Positions 47,415-60,330 of a stretch of 62,178 nt of DNA are shown here, one piece after another (within the stretch, counting starts at the first letter, position 1; each line of letters begins with the position of its first letter). The notes under the pieces were generated by a model. That model was given only the letters and a program-made list of their open reading frames with translations. It searched no databases and was not told the DNA's origin. A program made the position numbers and the translations under genes. This DNA comes from Scyliorhinus canicula. Its lineage: Eukaryota. The stretch is from assembly GCF_902713615.1 (NCBI RefSeq), contig NW_024056018.1:1-62178 (forward strand). Direction: 5' to 3'.

Positions 47415-49189
47415 GGTTCCAATCTGAACTCCAGAAACAGACAGTTGCACTGACTGGACCAGCCCTGTAATAGGCGGAGATAAAACAATTAGCGAGATGT
47501 TATGAGGTCGAATTCGATTTCTTCGCTCCGCCCACCTTCACGTCTTAAAGCGGTCGCTTCCTCTGGAACGGGGTGGTTATGTTGGATACGTGACCAGAGA
47601 GCGCCCTCCTGTGGACAGCACAACCGCCTATTGGAAACACACACGGCCACGTGCAACGACATGTACGAAAACATCCATCCAGATATGCACAGACACTGCA
47701 ATAAATTCCAACATTCGTTGACATGATTTTTGAGTGCACATTAGTCTGAGTTGCTAATGGTGAAAGTAAGTGAATATGTCCATCTCCCAGCAGCCTCGTT
47801 TACACCACAGAATCAGCACAAACATAGACACAGAGACAGTAAAAATAGTGATCGACTCACAAACTGATCTCTCAAACAGACACACAGACACCCATTAAAG
47901 TAAACAAGGAACCAGATTAACACAGCTATAGAAACATAAACGAGAAATTCCGTCAGAGACACTTTCAAAAACCTTGGACTTGTCCGAGCGAGCTTTCTGG
48001 GATGGAAATCCCCGAGGTTGTGTCAGTGCGGTAATATCATGTTGGATATTCATTGCGATCAAACTGTACATGTTTGCAGCATGAACATCCCGGAATGTAT
48101 TTCCCATTAACCGTGAGGGTCGATTTATAAAAACGACCAGCCTTTGTATTAAGTCATAAATTGTATTAAGTTAGGGTTGGTTCACCCAGTCTCTCCATTA
48201 GTCCACCCGTCCGACGAGTTCTTAAAAAAGATAAAATGCTATCAGCTTTAATATTAATTCCATCTGTCTGTCTATCTACGTATCTATCTATCGAGCAATC
48301 GATTGATATATCAATCTAATATATCGACGCAACCACCAACCTTTTCTGCCCCGGTGTTTATCCATGTCAAATGTTTAAATATTCAGGAGGAACAACGTTT
48401 ATGTTGAAACCCGATCAAGCCCCTCGTCCGGAGCCTCAGCCACAGGCTCCAGCTGGTGTGTAACCTGTAACCAGATCCCAGCAGGATTAAAACAAGCTGA
48501 CAAGCGGCAGTAGCTCCTTGTACAGTGAAAGCTGCTCCCGGACCGTCAGCAGATACAGGACCGAAGAAGACCCTCAAGTTCTTCGCCATAAATATGAAGC
48601 TTATGAGGTAATCACGATTTTCAGTCAAATATATTCAATCCCTCCCATCTCTCTCTGTACCCCGAAGCCCGCCCTTGCATAGAAATTTAGGAAAGATACA
48701 GAGGCGTTTGTGGGAACGAAGTGAAGCAACAAGAGGGGATGACGATGTGGGGGGTGGGGGGGGAATGTTATGGAGGGTAGTGGAGAGGGTCCGAGAGGGA
48801 AGGTGGACAAGGCTGTGTCATGGGGACAGGTGCGGGGTGGGGATTCCAGAGAGGATCCAGTCCGGGGCGGGGGGGGGGGGGGGGGGGTCCTAGAGGCCCC
48901 GAGGAAGTTACTGAAGAGTGGGGGAGATCACCCACACCAAAACGTGATGGGGTCTGGGGGAAAAGAGTCGAACTGCAGAATCCCTACAGTGCAGAGGGAG
49001 ACCATTCAGCCTATCGGTTCTGCGCCGACCCTGTGAAAGAGCACCCGAATCTAGACGCACTTCCCTGTCCCCGCCCCGTAAACCCGGGACAAATACGTGG
49101 TCCAAAGGAGAGGTGCTGGTGGTGTTCGGGACATAGAGGATCCTGTGGGTGTCTGGGGAAAGGGGTTCCTGTGCGCGCAGGCGTTTGGG

Positions 49190-49550
49190 GGCAGGTGGGG
49201 CACCCTGTGTCTGGGGCTGGGGGGGTCCTGTGCTGTCCTGTGTGTGTGTGTTTGTGGGGGGGGGGGGTGTCCTGTGTATGGGCCGTGGTGTCCTGTGTGT
49301 GGGTGTGTGTCTGCGGGGAGGTGTCCTATGTGTGGGGGAGGTGTCCTGTGTGTGGGTGTCTGGGGGCTGTGTCCTGTGTGAGGGTGCGTGTCTGGGGGAG
49401 TTGTCCTGTGTGTGGGTGTTTGGGGGCTGTGTCCTGTGTGGGGGTGCGTGTCAGGGGACGGTGTCCTGTGTGTGGGTGTGTGTCAGGGGGCGGTGTCCTG
49501 TGTGTGGGTGTGTGTCTGGGGGAAGTGCCCTGTGTGTGGGTGTGTCTCTG
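49190..49550. repeat. GT-rich minisatellite
   Basis: Recurrent GGTGTCCTGTGTGTGGGTGTG core with variable spacers. Confidence 0.85.
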
Positions 49551-49609
49551 GCAGTCCAGCTCACCTCATTGACCCCCTGTTGTGTTTGTTTTGCAGGCCG
49601 GGGGGCAGG

Positions 49610-50545
49610 AATGTTGAGGTGAGAATGAGATCAGCCACAATCCAATTGAATGCTGAGCAGGCTCGAGGGGCCGAGTGTCCTGTTCCTAGTCTGTATGTAA
49701 AAGGTACAGGAGATATGAGGTGATATGAGATCTATGTTTTTACACAGCGACCGGCAACGACCTGAAACCTGCTGCCTATGAGTGAGTTTGAAAATAGACA
49801 CAATGAATCGTTTGGTTTCAAAAGGAAATTGGACAGACATCTGAGGGAAATAAACCTGCAAGGATACAGGGATAGAGCAGGAGAATGGGACCGACTGGAT
49901 TGCTCCAGAGAGCTAGCATGGACTCAATGGACCGAATGCCCTTCTTTGTGCCATCATGTCTCTGACTCGTTTGTATAATCTAATTTTGTAATTTAATCCT
50001 CAGGTAAATCTGTGCTACACTCCCTCCGAGGCCATTCTATTCTTCCTCAGGTTTGTTGCCCAGAACTGAACACAGTTCTCCAGGTTTGGTCTAACCAGGA
50101 TTTGTGAATCTCGGGGCTTTTCCAGTCACACTGAGACCTGAAATCTTCCCTCACAGACAGAACAGACAAACCTTTTACCTTCCACACCCAGATGCTGCTG
50201 AAATTCTGGTTCTGACTAATCGAGACTCTGTCAGATTGCGATGTGACGTTTGGTTAGCGTTTCACGTCTGTTAAACCTCCACTTCCAGTATCCTGTAAAT
50301 TTACAGAAACCTCAGTTTAGGATAAAAATTCACAACATTCTCTCCTCGCCAACTTTGATTAAATGTCTTCCTGGAGTTTGATCACATGACCTGCCCCCAT
50401 CCTCCAGCCATGAATCGATCAACACATCCATCCTTGTGACACACTGCCTTCCTCGGTCAATTGGGAAGCAAAAGGACTCCTTACCTTACAGGACAGTTAC
50501 TGTCCTGATGATTTTCCAGACATCCAGGTATGAATCTCACCAACA
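49610..50545 (+). repeat. ~1 kb segmental duplication, copy 2
   Basis: Collinear with 35495-36530. Confidence 0.85.
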
Positions 50546-50739
50546 CAGGGAGGGGAGTTGGTGTGAACTCGGGCAGGAGGAGCTTCGGAACAGTAAATAT
50601 AAATAACTTACCTCAGAGTAAAGCTGATTGGCTGGTTGGGAATCTGTTCTAAATTTGAGAAACTGGAGTAATTAACTAAGTAGGGAGTAACTCGGATTTC
50701 AGTAACTAGGAGATTAGTAACACGGAGATTGCTGTTTGT

Positions 50740-52010
50740 ATCTATATCAACGATTTGGATGAGAATGTACAAGGCATGGTCAGTAAGTTTGCAGATGACA
50801 CTAAAATAGGTGGTATTGTCGGCAGTGACAAAGGTTATCAAAAATTGCAGCAGGATCTTGATCAACTGGGGAAGTGGGCCGAGAAATGACAAATGGAGTT
50901 CAATACAGATAAGTGTGAGGTGTTGCATTTCAGAAAGTCAAATCAAGGTCGGACTTTCACAGTGAATTGTAGGGCCTTAGGGTGTATCATGGAACAGAGG
51001 GATCTTGGAGTTCATGTGCACGGTTCTTTAAAGGTGGAGTCACAGATAGACAGGGCAGCACGGTAGCATAGTGGTTGGCACAGTTGCTTCACAGCTTCAG
51101 GGTCCCAGGTTTGATTCCCAGCTGGGTCATTGTCTGTGTGGAGTCTGCACGCTCTCCCCGTGCCTGCATGTGTTCTTTGCTTTCCTCCCACAGTCTAAAG
51201 ATGTGCGGGATAGGTGGACAGGCCATGCTAAATTACCCTTAGTGTCCAAAAAAAAAGGTTAAGTGGGGTTTACTGGGTTACAGGGATAGGGTAGATAAGT
51301 GGGCTTACGTAGGATGCACTTTCTAAGGGCTATCCAGCTCTGGAAGACTCGACGGGCTGAATAGCCTCCATCTGCACTGCAAATTTTCTGAAGAAGGCTT
51401 TTGGCATGCTGGCCTTCATCAGTCAGGGCATTGAGTATACAAGTTGGGAAGTTATGTTGCAGTTGTACAGGACGTTGGTGAGGTCGCACCTGGAGTATGG
51501 TGTTCAGTTTTGGCTGCGTTGCTATCGGAAACATGTTATTAAACTGGAGAGAGTGCAGAAGGGATTTACAAGGACGTTGCCAGGACTCAAGAGACTGAGT
51601 GAAAGGGAGAGATTCGACAGACCAGGACCTTTATCTTTGGAGCGTAGGGGACTGAGGGGTGATCTTATAGAGGTGTATAAGATCATGAGAGGCATGGATA
51701 GGGTGAATGCACTCAGTCTTTTTCTCAGGGTTAGGGAATCGAGAACTAAAGGGCATATGTTTAGGTTAAGGCGGAAAAGAATTAAGGGGAATCTGAGGAG
51801 CAATGGTTTTACACAGAGGATAGTACAGAATGAGCTGGCGGAGGAAGGAGTTGAGGCAGGGCCATTGCCAACACTGAAAAGGCATTTGGACAGATACATG
51901 GATAGGAAAGGTTCAGAGGGATATGGGCCAAATACAGGCCAATGGGATTGACTCAGATGAGCTTTTTGGTTGGCATGGACCAGTTTGGGCTGAAGGGCCC
52001 GTCTCCATAC
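50740..52010 (+). mobile_element. CR1 LINE 3' portion with a nested SINE (51053-51389)
   Basis: SKFADDTK RT motif. C-terminal MLQLYRTLVRSHLEYGVQFW and RGDLIEVYKIMRG. Confidence 0.88.
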
Positions 52011-52995
52011 CATAGATTCTATGAACCCCAAGTCTCTTTGGACACCCACTGTACTGAACCTGTTTCCATTTAGAAAGTACTCAGTTCTATCCTTTTTCAG
52101 TTCAAAACAGATAACCTCACACTTGTGTATAATGCCACAATCTTGCCCATTCACCTTGTCTGTCAGTCAATATCTTCTTGCAATTTAATGCAATCATCTA
52201 TGCAGTCTATGATGGCACCAAACTTTGTATCATCAGCAACTCAGAGGGGCTGGTTTAGCACACTGGGCTAAATCGCTGGCTTTTAAAGCAGACCAAGGCA
52301 GGCCAGCAGCACAGTTCAATTCCCGGACCAGCCTCCCCGAACAGGTGCCGGAATGTGGGGCTTTTCACAGTAACTTCATTTGAAGCCTACTTGTGACAAT
52401 AAGCGATTTTCATTTCATTTCATTCACAGTGCAAAAGAGGCCCTTCCGTCCATCAAATTTGCACCGACACGTGATAAACGTGACCCACCTACCAAATCCC
52501 ATTTGCCAGCACTTGGCTCATAGCCTTCAATGTTATGACTTCCCTGTCTTCATCCAGGTACTTTTTTTAGAGGATGTGAGGCAACCCGTCTCTGTCACCC
52601 TCCGAAGGCTGTACATTCCAGACCGTCACCACCCTCTGGATATAAATATTTTTCCTCAGTACCTGTGTCAATGAATCTAATCCCCACTCTCTGCTGGTTA
52701 GCCAATCCTCTATCCGAGCTAATATATCATCTCTCAACCCCGTGGGATTTTACGTTGATTATTACCTTTTGTGTGACACCTTATCAAACATATTCTGGGA
52801 GTCCAAATACATCTACAGGACCCCATTATCCACTTGGCTTGTTACATCTTCCAAGAACTGCAAGAAATGAATCAAACACAATCTACCCTTCACAAAACCA
52901 CACTCACTCTGATGGAGAGAAGTCGGAAGTGACGATCAGTGAGAGTGGAGAATCTTCATTGTTCGGCACTGGGGATTAGTAAACCCCGCCCCCCA

Positions 52996-53126
52996 ACACC
53001 GACCTCTCACCTGACACCGACCTCTCACCTGACACCGACCTCTCACCTGACACCGACCTCTCACCTGACACCGACCTCTCACCTGACACCGACCTCTCAC
53101 CTGACACCGACCTCTCACCTGACACC
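52996..53126. repeat. Perfect 18-bp tandem repeat, 7 copies
   Basis: (ACACCGACCTCTCACCTG) x7 plus ACACC. Confidence 0.95.
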
Positions 53127-53129
53127 TCA

Positions 53130-53650
53130 CAATGCCCGGCAATGATTGACGGCATCGCGCGACCAATAGTGGAGTCGGCGGGTTCGGGCGTACATGGCGG
53201 GAGTGACTGGTCCTCCAAGAAATCGGAGTGAATCAGGGGCGGGACTGAACCGAGTGAAAAGGTTCTTTCTCGGATCCATAATCAGTGACGGTGGGAATGG
53301 CGGGTCGGACGGAGAGCTGGATCATGCGGGTTGATAGGCACGCTTCGCAAACATGTTATGTAAACCGAACATCTGACAAAATAAACCACTGATACCTGGG
53401 GATTTGAGCAGAGGTTGCAGCTTTGTTACGGAAAAGACTATGCAGCCGCCATCTTTATTTGGTGCTCGCAACGCTACGCATGCGCCCTCGGCATCATTAT
53501 TTGGCTCACTCGCGGCAGTGCGCACGCGCACCCACCATCTTTATTGGGGCACGAGCAGCAGAGCGCAGGCTCAGTCGCCATCATTGTTGGGGGCAACATT
53601 TTTTAAACGTGTCTTCCTGACAGACTGTTTCACTCTGACTTACAAATTCT
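53130..53650. promoter_or_regulatory. CpG-rich promoter module upstream of ZNF-D
   Basis: CCAAT, GGGGCGGGAC, GCCGCCATCTT (YY1) and GCATGCGC. Confidence 0.62.
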
Positions 53651-55293
53651 TATTTATGGGGCAGAATATATGTCGAGGGCAGTGACCATAATTCGAATTT
53701 ATATTATGACTTGAACAGAATACAACTTTTAAGACTTTCAGAGAAACGTCACAAAATAACAATTGACGCTGAGCCACATGAGGAGATATTAGGTTTTAAG
53801 GAGAATCTTAATGGAGGACATTGAGTCAGAGAGTGGGAGAGTTTTAAGGAGGAAATTCCAGAAATTGAGGCCTTGGCAACTCAGTAATGGTTTAGAGATT
53901 AAAATCAGGAATTCTCAAGTGGCTGGAATTAAATGAGTGCAGAGATCTCAAAGAGGTGTGTGTGGAGGAGATTACAGTGATCTGGCTGATCACTACCATG
54001 GAGGAAAAGAAGAATGAGAAATTAAAACTTTTTTGTGCCTTTTAAAAGGAAACATTTGCAGATCAGTGGGACAGGGGCAGGTATGAGTAAGCACTTGGGT
54101 AGCAGAGTTTGGGATGGGATGGAGGGGGTTGTTTAATGTTGGGGTCCGACGGCGAGTGCGTTGGAATAATTTGGTTGAGAGGTAACAGAAGAATGGATGA
54201 TGGTTTCTGCAGCAGATGAACAGAGACTAAGGTGAAGTAGAGCTATGTTCCTGAGGTGGAAATCGGCAATCTTGGTGATGTGGATATGTGGTTAAGAGCT
54301 CATCTAGGGGTGAAACATTTGACAGGAATGAAATTGGTAACAAGGGAGTGGAGTTTGTAGAGGGGATGAAAGGGAATGGGTTCAGTCTTCTCAATATTTA
54401 AATGGAGGAAAGTTCTGCTCATCCAGCACTGAATGTCGGACAAGGTCAGAGAGTGTGTGGCTTGGAAAGGAACTTGCAGGTGGTGATGTTCACATACATC
54501 TGCTGTCCTGCTCCATCCAGGTGGTGGAGGTTAAGTGTTTTGGAGATTCTGTCAAATTGTGATTCAGTTGTTGCTTCATTGCTTCCTGTTACCCTCACTC
54601 CGTTCTCTCTCCCTTTCCATCAATCTATTTGATTCCTCTTTCCCACTACTCACTCTCTTTCTCTCTCACTCTGTTTCTCACAAATAATTATCTAGCCCAG
54701 AGGGTTGTGGATGATCATAATAATCATTATTTTCACAAATAGGCTTCCATTAACACTGCAGTGAAGTTACTGTGACCATCATTGAATATATTTAAGGCTG
54801 AGATGGTGAGATTTTGGTCTCTCAGGAAGTCAAAGGATATAGAAAGCTAACAGGAAAGTAGAATTGAAGACTGAGATCAACGACAATCGTGTTCAATGGC
54901 AGAGCAGATTTTACGGGCCGAATGGTCTACTTGTGCTCCTATTTCTTGTGTTCTTGCAGAAGCTCGAATCTTGTGTGGGTTCAGTCCGGGTGGCAGGTTC
55001 CCTTCCCTGAAGGACATTAACAAACTGGTTCACTTTTCACAAAAGATTCAACAGTTTTCGCGGTCACTTTTTCCCAGTGCTGGCCCCACAAGTGACCAGG
55101 TTCATTCAGCTCAATTTCACAAGCTGCCTTTGTGTTTTGTGGGATCTCTCTCACTCCCTTTTTTCTGTTTTAAATCAATTTCACAGGGTATCAGCAGGGA
55201 AGGATGTGCAATTGAAAAACTCCAACCAAACACCACATCAAAATTTGACAGTCGTGTAACTGATCGGAACCTGAATATCATCAGATTTTGAAC

Positions 55294-56592
55294 ATGGAAG
55301 GAAAAAGCACAGTTCACAGTGGGGAGAAACCGTACACATGTTCTGTGTTGGACGAAGCTTCAGCCGATCATCTGGCCTGTCCATACACAAGCGCAGTCAC
55401 AGCAGGGAGAAACCATGGGAATGTGGGGACTGAGGCAAGGCATTCAATTACCCATCTGACCTGGCAACCCATCGACGCATTCACAATGGGGAGAAGCCTT
55501 TCACCTGCCCCGAGTGTGGGCGTGGATTCACTCAGTCCTACAGCCTGTCGATGCACCAGCGAGTTCACACTGGGGAAAGGCCTTTCACCTGCCCCGAGTG
55601 TTGGTGTGGATTCACTCATTCATCCCAACTGCTGACACATCAGCAGATTCACAATGATGAGCGACCTATTAAATGCGGGAAGTGCTTTAAAAGTTCTCGG
55701 GATCAGGTGTCCCATCAAAGAGTTCACACTGACGAGAAACTGTTCAGCTGCTCCGACTGTGGGACTGGGTTCAGATGATCGTCTCCAGCGCCGGCTCTAG
55801 CGTTGCTGGCGCCCCGGGCAAGTTGAACTTCGGCGCCCTTGGGGGGCGGACACGCGGGGGCGGGCGGACACGCGGGGGGCGGGCGGACCCGAGGGCGGGG
55901 CGGGGGGGCGGACCCGAGGGTGGGGCGGGGGGGCGGACCCAAGGGCGGGGCGGGGGGGCAGACCCGAGGGCGGGGTGGGGGGGCGGACCCGAGGGGGCGG
56001 GGGGGGACCGAGCGGGGGGGGGACCGAGCGGGGGGGGGCGGACCGAGCCGGGGGGCCGCCCTGGGGGCGGGCGGCCACCGCGCATGCGCTGGTTGGCACC
56101 GGCCCAACTGCGCATGCGCGGGACCCGAGTCTCTGGCGCCCCCGAGCACGTGGCGCCCCGGGCGACAGCCCGAGTTGCCGGTGCCTTGAGCCGGCCCTGA
56201 TCGTCTCCACTCACTTTACACCAGCAGCTTCACACTGGGGAGATTGCATTCACCTGCTCCCAGTGTGGAAAGGGATTCATTCACTCAGGCAACCTGCTGA
56301 GACACCAGCGGGTTCACACTGAGGAGAGGCCATTCACCTGCTCCCAGTATGGAAAGGGATTCATTCACTCAGGCAACCTGCTGAGACACCAGCGGGTTCA
56401 CACTGATTAGAGGCCATTCACCTGCTCCCAGTGTGGAAAGGGATTCATTCACTCAGGCAACCTGCTGGGACACCAGCAGATTCACACTGGGGAGAGGCCA
56501 TTCACCTACTCCCAGTGTGGAAAGGGATTCATTCACTCGGGCAACCTGCTGAGACACCAGCGGGTTCACACTGGGGAGAGGCCATTCACCTG
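55294..56592 (+). pseudogene. C2H2 zinc-finger pseudogene (ZNF-D) disrupted by frameshifts, stops and the hAT MITE
   Basis: Starts [16 protein letters not shown] like ZNF-B. Fingers are scattered over different frames, and a TGA precedes the MITE insertion. Confidence 0.88.
55786..56199 (-). mobile_element. hAT-type MITE with internal GC-rich VNTR (copy 2)
   Basis: Same ends as 31332-32079 in reverse orientation. Perfect 8-bp TSD ATCGTCTC at 55778-55785 and 56200-56207. Confidence 0.92.
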
Positions 56593-58229
56593 CCGAGAAT
56601 GGTTCAAGCTGGCACTTGTACTCAGATTCCCCAGTACAGACACCCTTCACTTTAAAAATTACATTTCATTCAGACATAAGAGAAACCATCACCGGTTCCC
56701 TCGCTGTCCGCCGCAACCCCCCCCCCCCCCCCCCCCCCTCACCGCACACACACACACAAATACCCCGCAGGCCCAGAGAGACAGTGGGAGTCCAAAACAT
56801 TGTTGTACAGTCTGATTGATATTTCATATGAGCTTTTTTCCGTTCCATAGAATCCCTTCAGTGCAGAACGAGGCCATTCGGCCCATCAAGTCTGCACTGA
56901 CCCTCCAATACGGCACCCCACTCCTCCACGCTATACCCTGAGACCCACCTAACCTTTGGACACTCAGAGGAAATCTTTTTAAATGGCCAATCCACCTCAC
57001 CTGCGCTAACCACAGTCTTTGGACTGTGGGAGGAAACCGGGGCACCCGGAAGGAACCCATGCAGACACAGGGAGGAAGTGCAAACTCTACACAGTCACCC
57101 AAGGGCGGAATCAAAACCCCCTCCCTCTGATCTCCAGTCAGCATCTGTTCGAATGAAAACAGCCCCAGTTTCTCTAATCCCTCCTGGTAACTAAAGCCTC
57201 TCTTCCCTGGGATCATCTCATTGAATCTCTTCTACACCCTCTCCATGGCCTTGACATCCTTCCTGGTGTAAGATCCCCCAAAACCTGATCTAATATTCCA
57301 ACTGCAGCCGAGCCAATGATTTGTACAGATTTACATGACCTCTGTCCTTTTGTACTCCACACCCAGAATTATAAAACCTTGGATCCCATGTGTTTTTTAA
57401 ACTCTTTATCAACTTGTCCTCTCATACTTCAACATTTGAGTATCTGAACTACTTTTAGGGTTTTGGAGATATTAACATAACATGGCTGAAATACATTGAC
57501 ATCCAATGTCTGATATAATGTGTGTTATGGGAGAGAGAAGTTTAGTCTCTGTTAGAAACTCAAGCAGGCGCTTCACTGCAGACAGGTCACCGTGGAAACG
57601 CTGATAAGACATTCCATTCCACAGAATCCACTTATTGGAAACTCTAATCGGATTGGGGAGAGGACAGAGTTTGTCTGTTATTAACCTCAACATAAACTTA
57701 AACCAGAGTGAATAATGGAACAGATTAAATTCTTTTTTTTTTTAATTTAGAGTACCCAATTATTTTTTCCAATTAAGGGGCAATTTAGCGTGGCCAATTC
57801 ACCTAATCTGCACATCTTTGGGTTGTGGGGGCGAAACCCACGCAGACACGGGGAGAATGTGCAAACTCCACACGGACAGTGACCCAGGGTCGGGATTCGA
57901 ACCCGGGTCCTCAGCGCCGTAGGCAGCAATGCTAACCACTGTGCCACCGTGCTGCCCTAAACAGATTAAATTCTAATGTGTAATATTTATAGCTACAGTA
58001 ATGGAATTAACAGTAATAATAGAATTAACAGGCAGGGTAGTTTAGGGAAAATGAGGAAATTACTGCAGAAACGTAACTGCTGGGAACCAAGAATGTGTCC
58101 TTGTAAATCACAGATTAGAGAAATTCCTGCTGTCTTTTCCTGCATGAACTGTGTTCTGTACTGGCCACCAAATTTCAGGAAAGATACATTGCACTTGGTA
58201 ACAGTCCTGTACAGATTGACCACGATGAA

Positions 58230-58460
58230 GTGAGGCTGCTGAACTGAGTAAATCTCTTCCCCCACACACGGAGAACATTAACGGTCGCTCCTCCGTGTGA
58301 ACATGTCGATGAATCTTCAAGTCTGATTAAATCTATTCCACAATCCCCAGATTTCCAAGGTTTCTTCCAGCGTGACTACATATCGTTCAAAAGGTCAGAC
58401 CATCGGCTAAAACATCATCCACATTCCGAACACGGGAACTGTTTCTCCCACATTGAACAG
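58230..58460 (-). pseudogene. Short C2H2 zinc-finger relic
   Basis: Peptide KIHRHVHTEERPLMFSVCG and a degenerate KPWK.GDCG sequence. Confidence 0.6.
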
Positions 58461-59479
58461 GGTCTTTGAACAAAGAACAATACAGCACAGGAACAGGCCC
58501 TTCAGCCCTCCAAGCCTGTACCGGTCATGATACCAACCTTTGCCAAAACCTTCAGCACTTCCTTGTACCGTATCCCTATACCAATCTTATCCATGTGTTT
58601 GTCAAGATGCATTTTGAACGCCGTTCATGTATCTGCTTCCATAACCTCTCCTGGCAATGCGTTCCAGGCACTCACCACCCTCTGCGTAAAAAGAATCTGC
58701 CTCGCACATCTCCTCTAAACTTTGCCCCAGGGACCATAAACCTATGCCCCTGGTGACTGACCCCTCCACCCTGCCTGCCCATCCCACTCTATCCATGCCC
58801 CTCATAATCTTGTGGACCTCTTTCAAATCACCACTCTTGAATACGATGGGAATAGAGGGATACGGACCCAGAAATTGGAGAAGATTTTAGTTTAGACGGG
58901 CAGCATGGTCGGCACTGGCTTGGAGGGCCGAAGGGCCTGTTCCTGTGCTGCACTTTTCTTTGGCTTTGTATCAACAGCTTCATGAGTGACTGAAGAGACT
59001 GGATTCTGCTGTTATTGCTGCTGTTAATCACATACAAGATCGATAGTCTTACAATATTTGGTTTATTTCTGCTGATATCAACAACCCCTATAACTGGCTG
59101 CAGTTTAATATTCTGGATTTGTCATTGATTTTGGGGCTGCAGTGTCTCTTTTTAAAAACATCTTTCCTCTTTATTCAAGATCTTTCCCAGGAACACACTT
59201 GCTATAGCATTGTGAACTTTTAATTTAATCTGAAATAGTTTTTGGTGAAAAATCTATAATTCAGTTTCTGAAACATTCTACTAATTTCCAATTGGTAAAT
59301 GCTGATTAATCCTTGCTGACAATTCTTTCTGACTTACACATTCTTCACTATAACACCACCATTATGAAATTAAATTATCAACATGAAATAAAATTGTAAA
59401 ATATTTCACAGGTTCATGAATAGAAACTTAATCAATCAACATTATCATTGATGAAGTTTGGAAGTTGCTGAATTGAATC

Positions 59480-60330
59480 ATTTCTGACACAGCAGCAGCA
59501 ACATTTGGTAAAGGTGGAACCCACAACAAAGACTGGTTTGAGACCCACTCAGCAGAGATGACATCTGTCATTGAAGCAAAAAGCAAAGCCGACCCGATGT
59601 CCAACATAAACCCAAGAGCTAGAACAGTGCATCACTTGGGACTTGAACATTGCCAAAACCATGATGTAAATGATGGAGATGCTGTGCAAATAAACACTGG
59701 ATCAGCCTGCATCAAGGAATCTGAAACCAAAGATGGTTTCATATTTCTTTTGGTTTCAGATTCCAGCATCTGCAGTAATTTGCTTTTATCAAAGAATCTG
59801 AACTGTCTTTGATTATGGATTATTAGTTTTTTTAAATTTAGAGTAGCCAATTCATTTTTTCCAATTAATGGGCAATTTAGCATAGCCAATCCACCTACCT
59901 TGCACATTTTTGGGATGTAGGAGCGAAACCCACGCAAACACTCCACATGGACAGTGACCAGGAGCCAGGATCGAACCAGAGACCTCGGCGCTATGAGGGA
60001 GTAGTGCGAACCACTGTGCCATCGTGCTGACCTGATTATGGATTGTGGTGAAGTTCTCACCAACAAATGTAAATATGTCCCGCTTGGGTTGAACACAATT
60101 GTGAGCTGTACTCCTGTGAGACGGACACCTCCCAGTCTCTTTTACTCTCCTGTAGCTTCCTGTCATGGTTGAGTTGGACAAGGAATCCTCATCACTTGAA
60201 TTGGGAAAGGCCATTGATTGTTGAGAAGGCAGAAAGGCACCCGGCAAGGATGGAATTCCAGCTGAACTGCTCAAACACAGAAAGTACCATTGACTGTCAC
60301 ACCTTCATGACCTGCTCCTCCTCTATTGTT
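59480..60330 (+). mobile_element. RTE-clade LINE fragment interrupted by SINEs
   Basis: Peptides WFETHSAEMTSVIEAK and KAPGKDGIPAELLKH. Confidence 0.6.

Noticed and set aside
47740-47910. Possible fourth V remnant (GATTCTGTG after a pyrimidine-rich stretch on the minus strand)
   Set aside because: No Cys, Trp-Tyr, YYC or RSS follows, so it is unsupported.
48380-48610. Possible exon flanked by AG and GT
   Set aside because: All three plus-strand frames contain stops and no domain is recognisable.
48820-49723. Cys/Val/Gly-rich ORFs resembling metallothionein or keratin-associated proteins
   Set aside because: They are translations of a GT-rich minisatellite.
52996-53126. CRISPR-like appearance of regular repeats
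   Set aside because: The units are head-to-tail with no unique spacers, there are no cas genes, and the context is eukaryotic.
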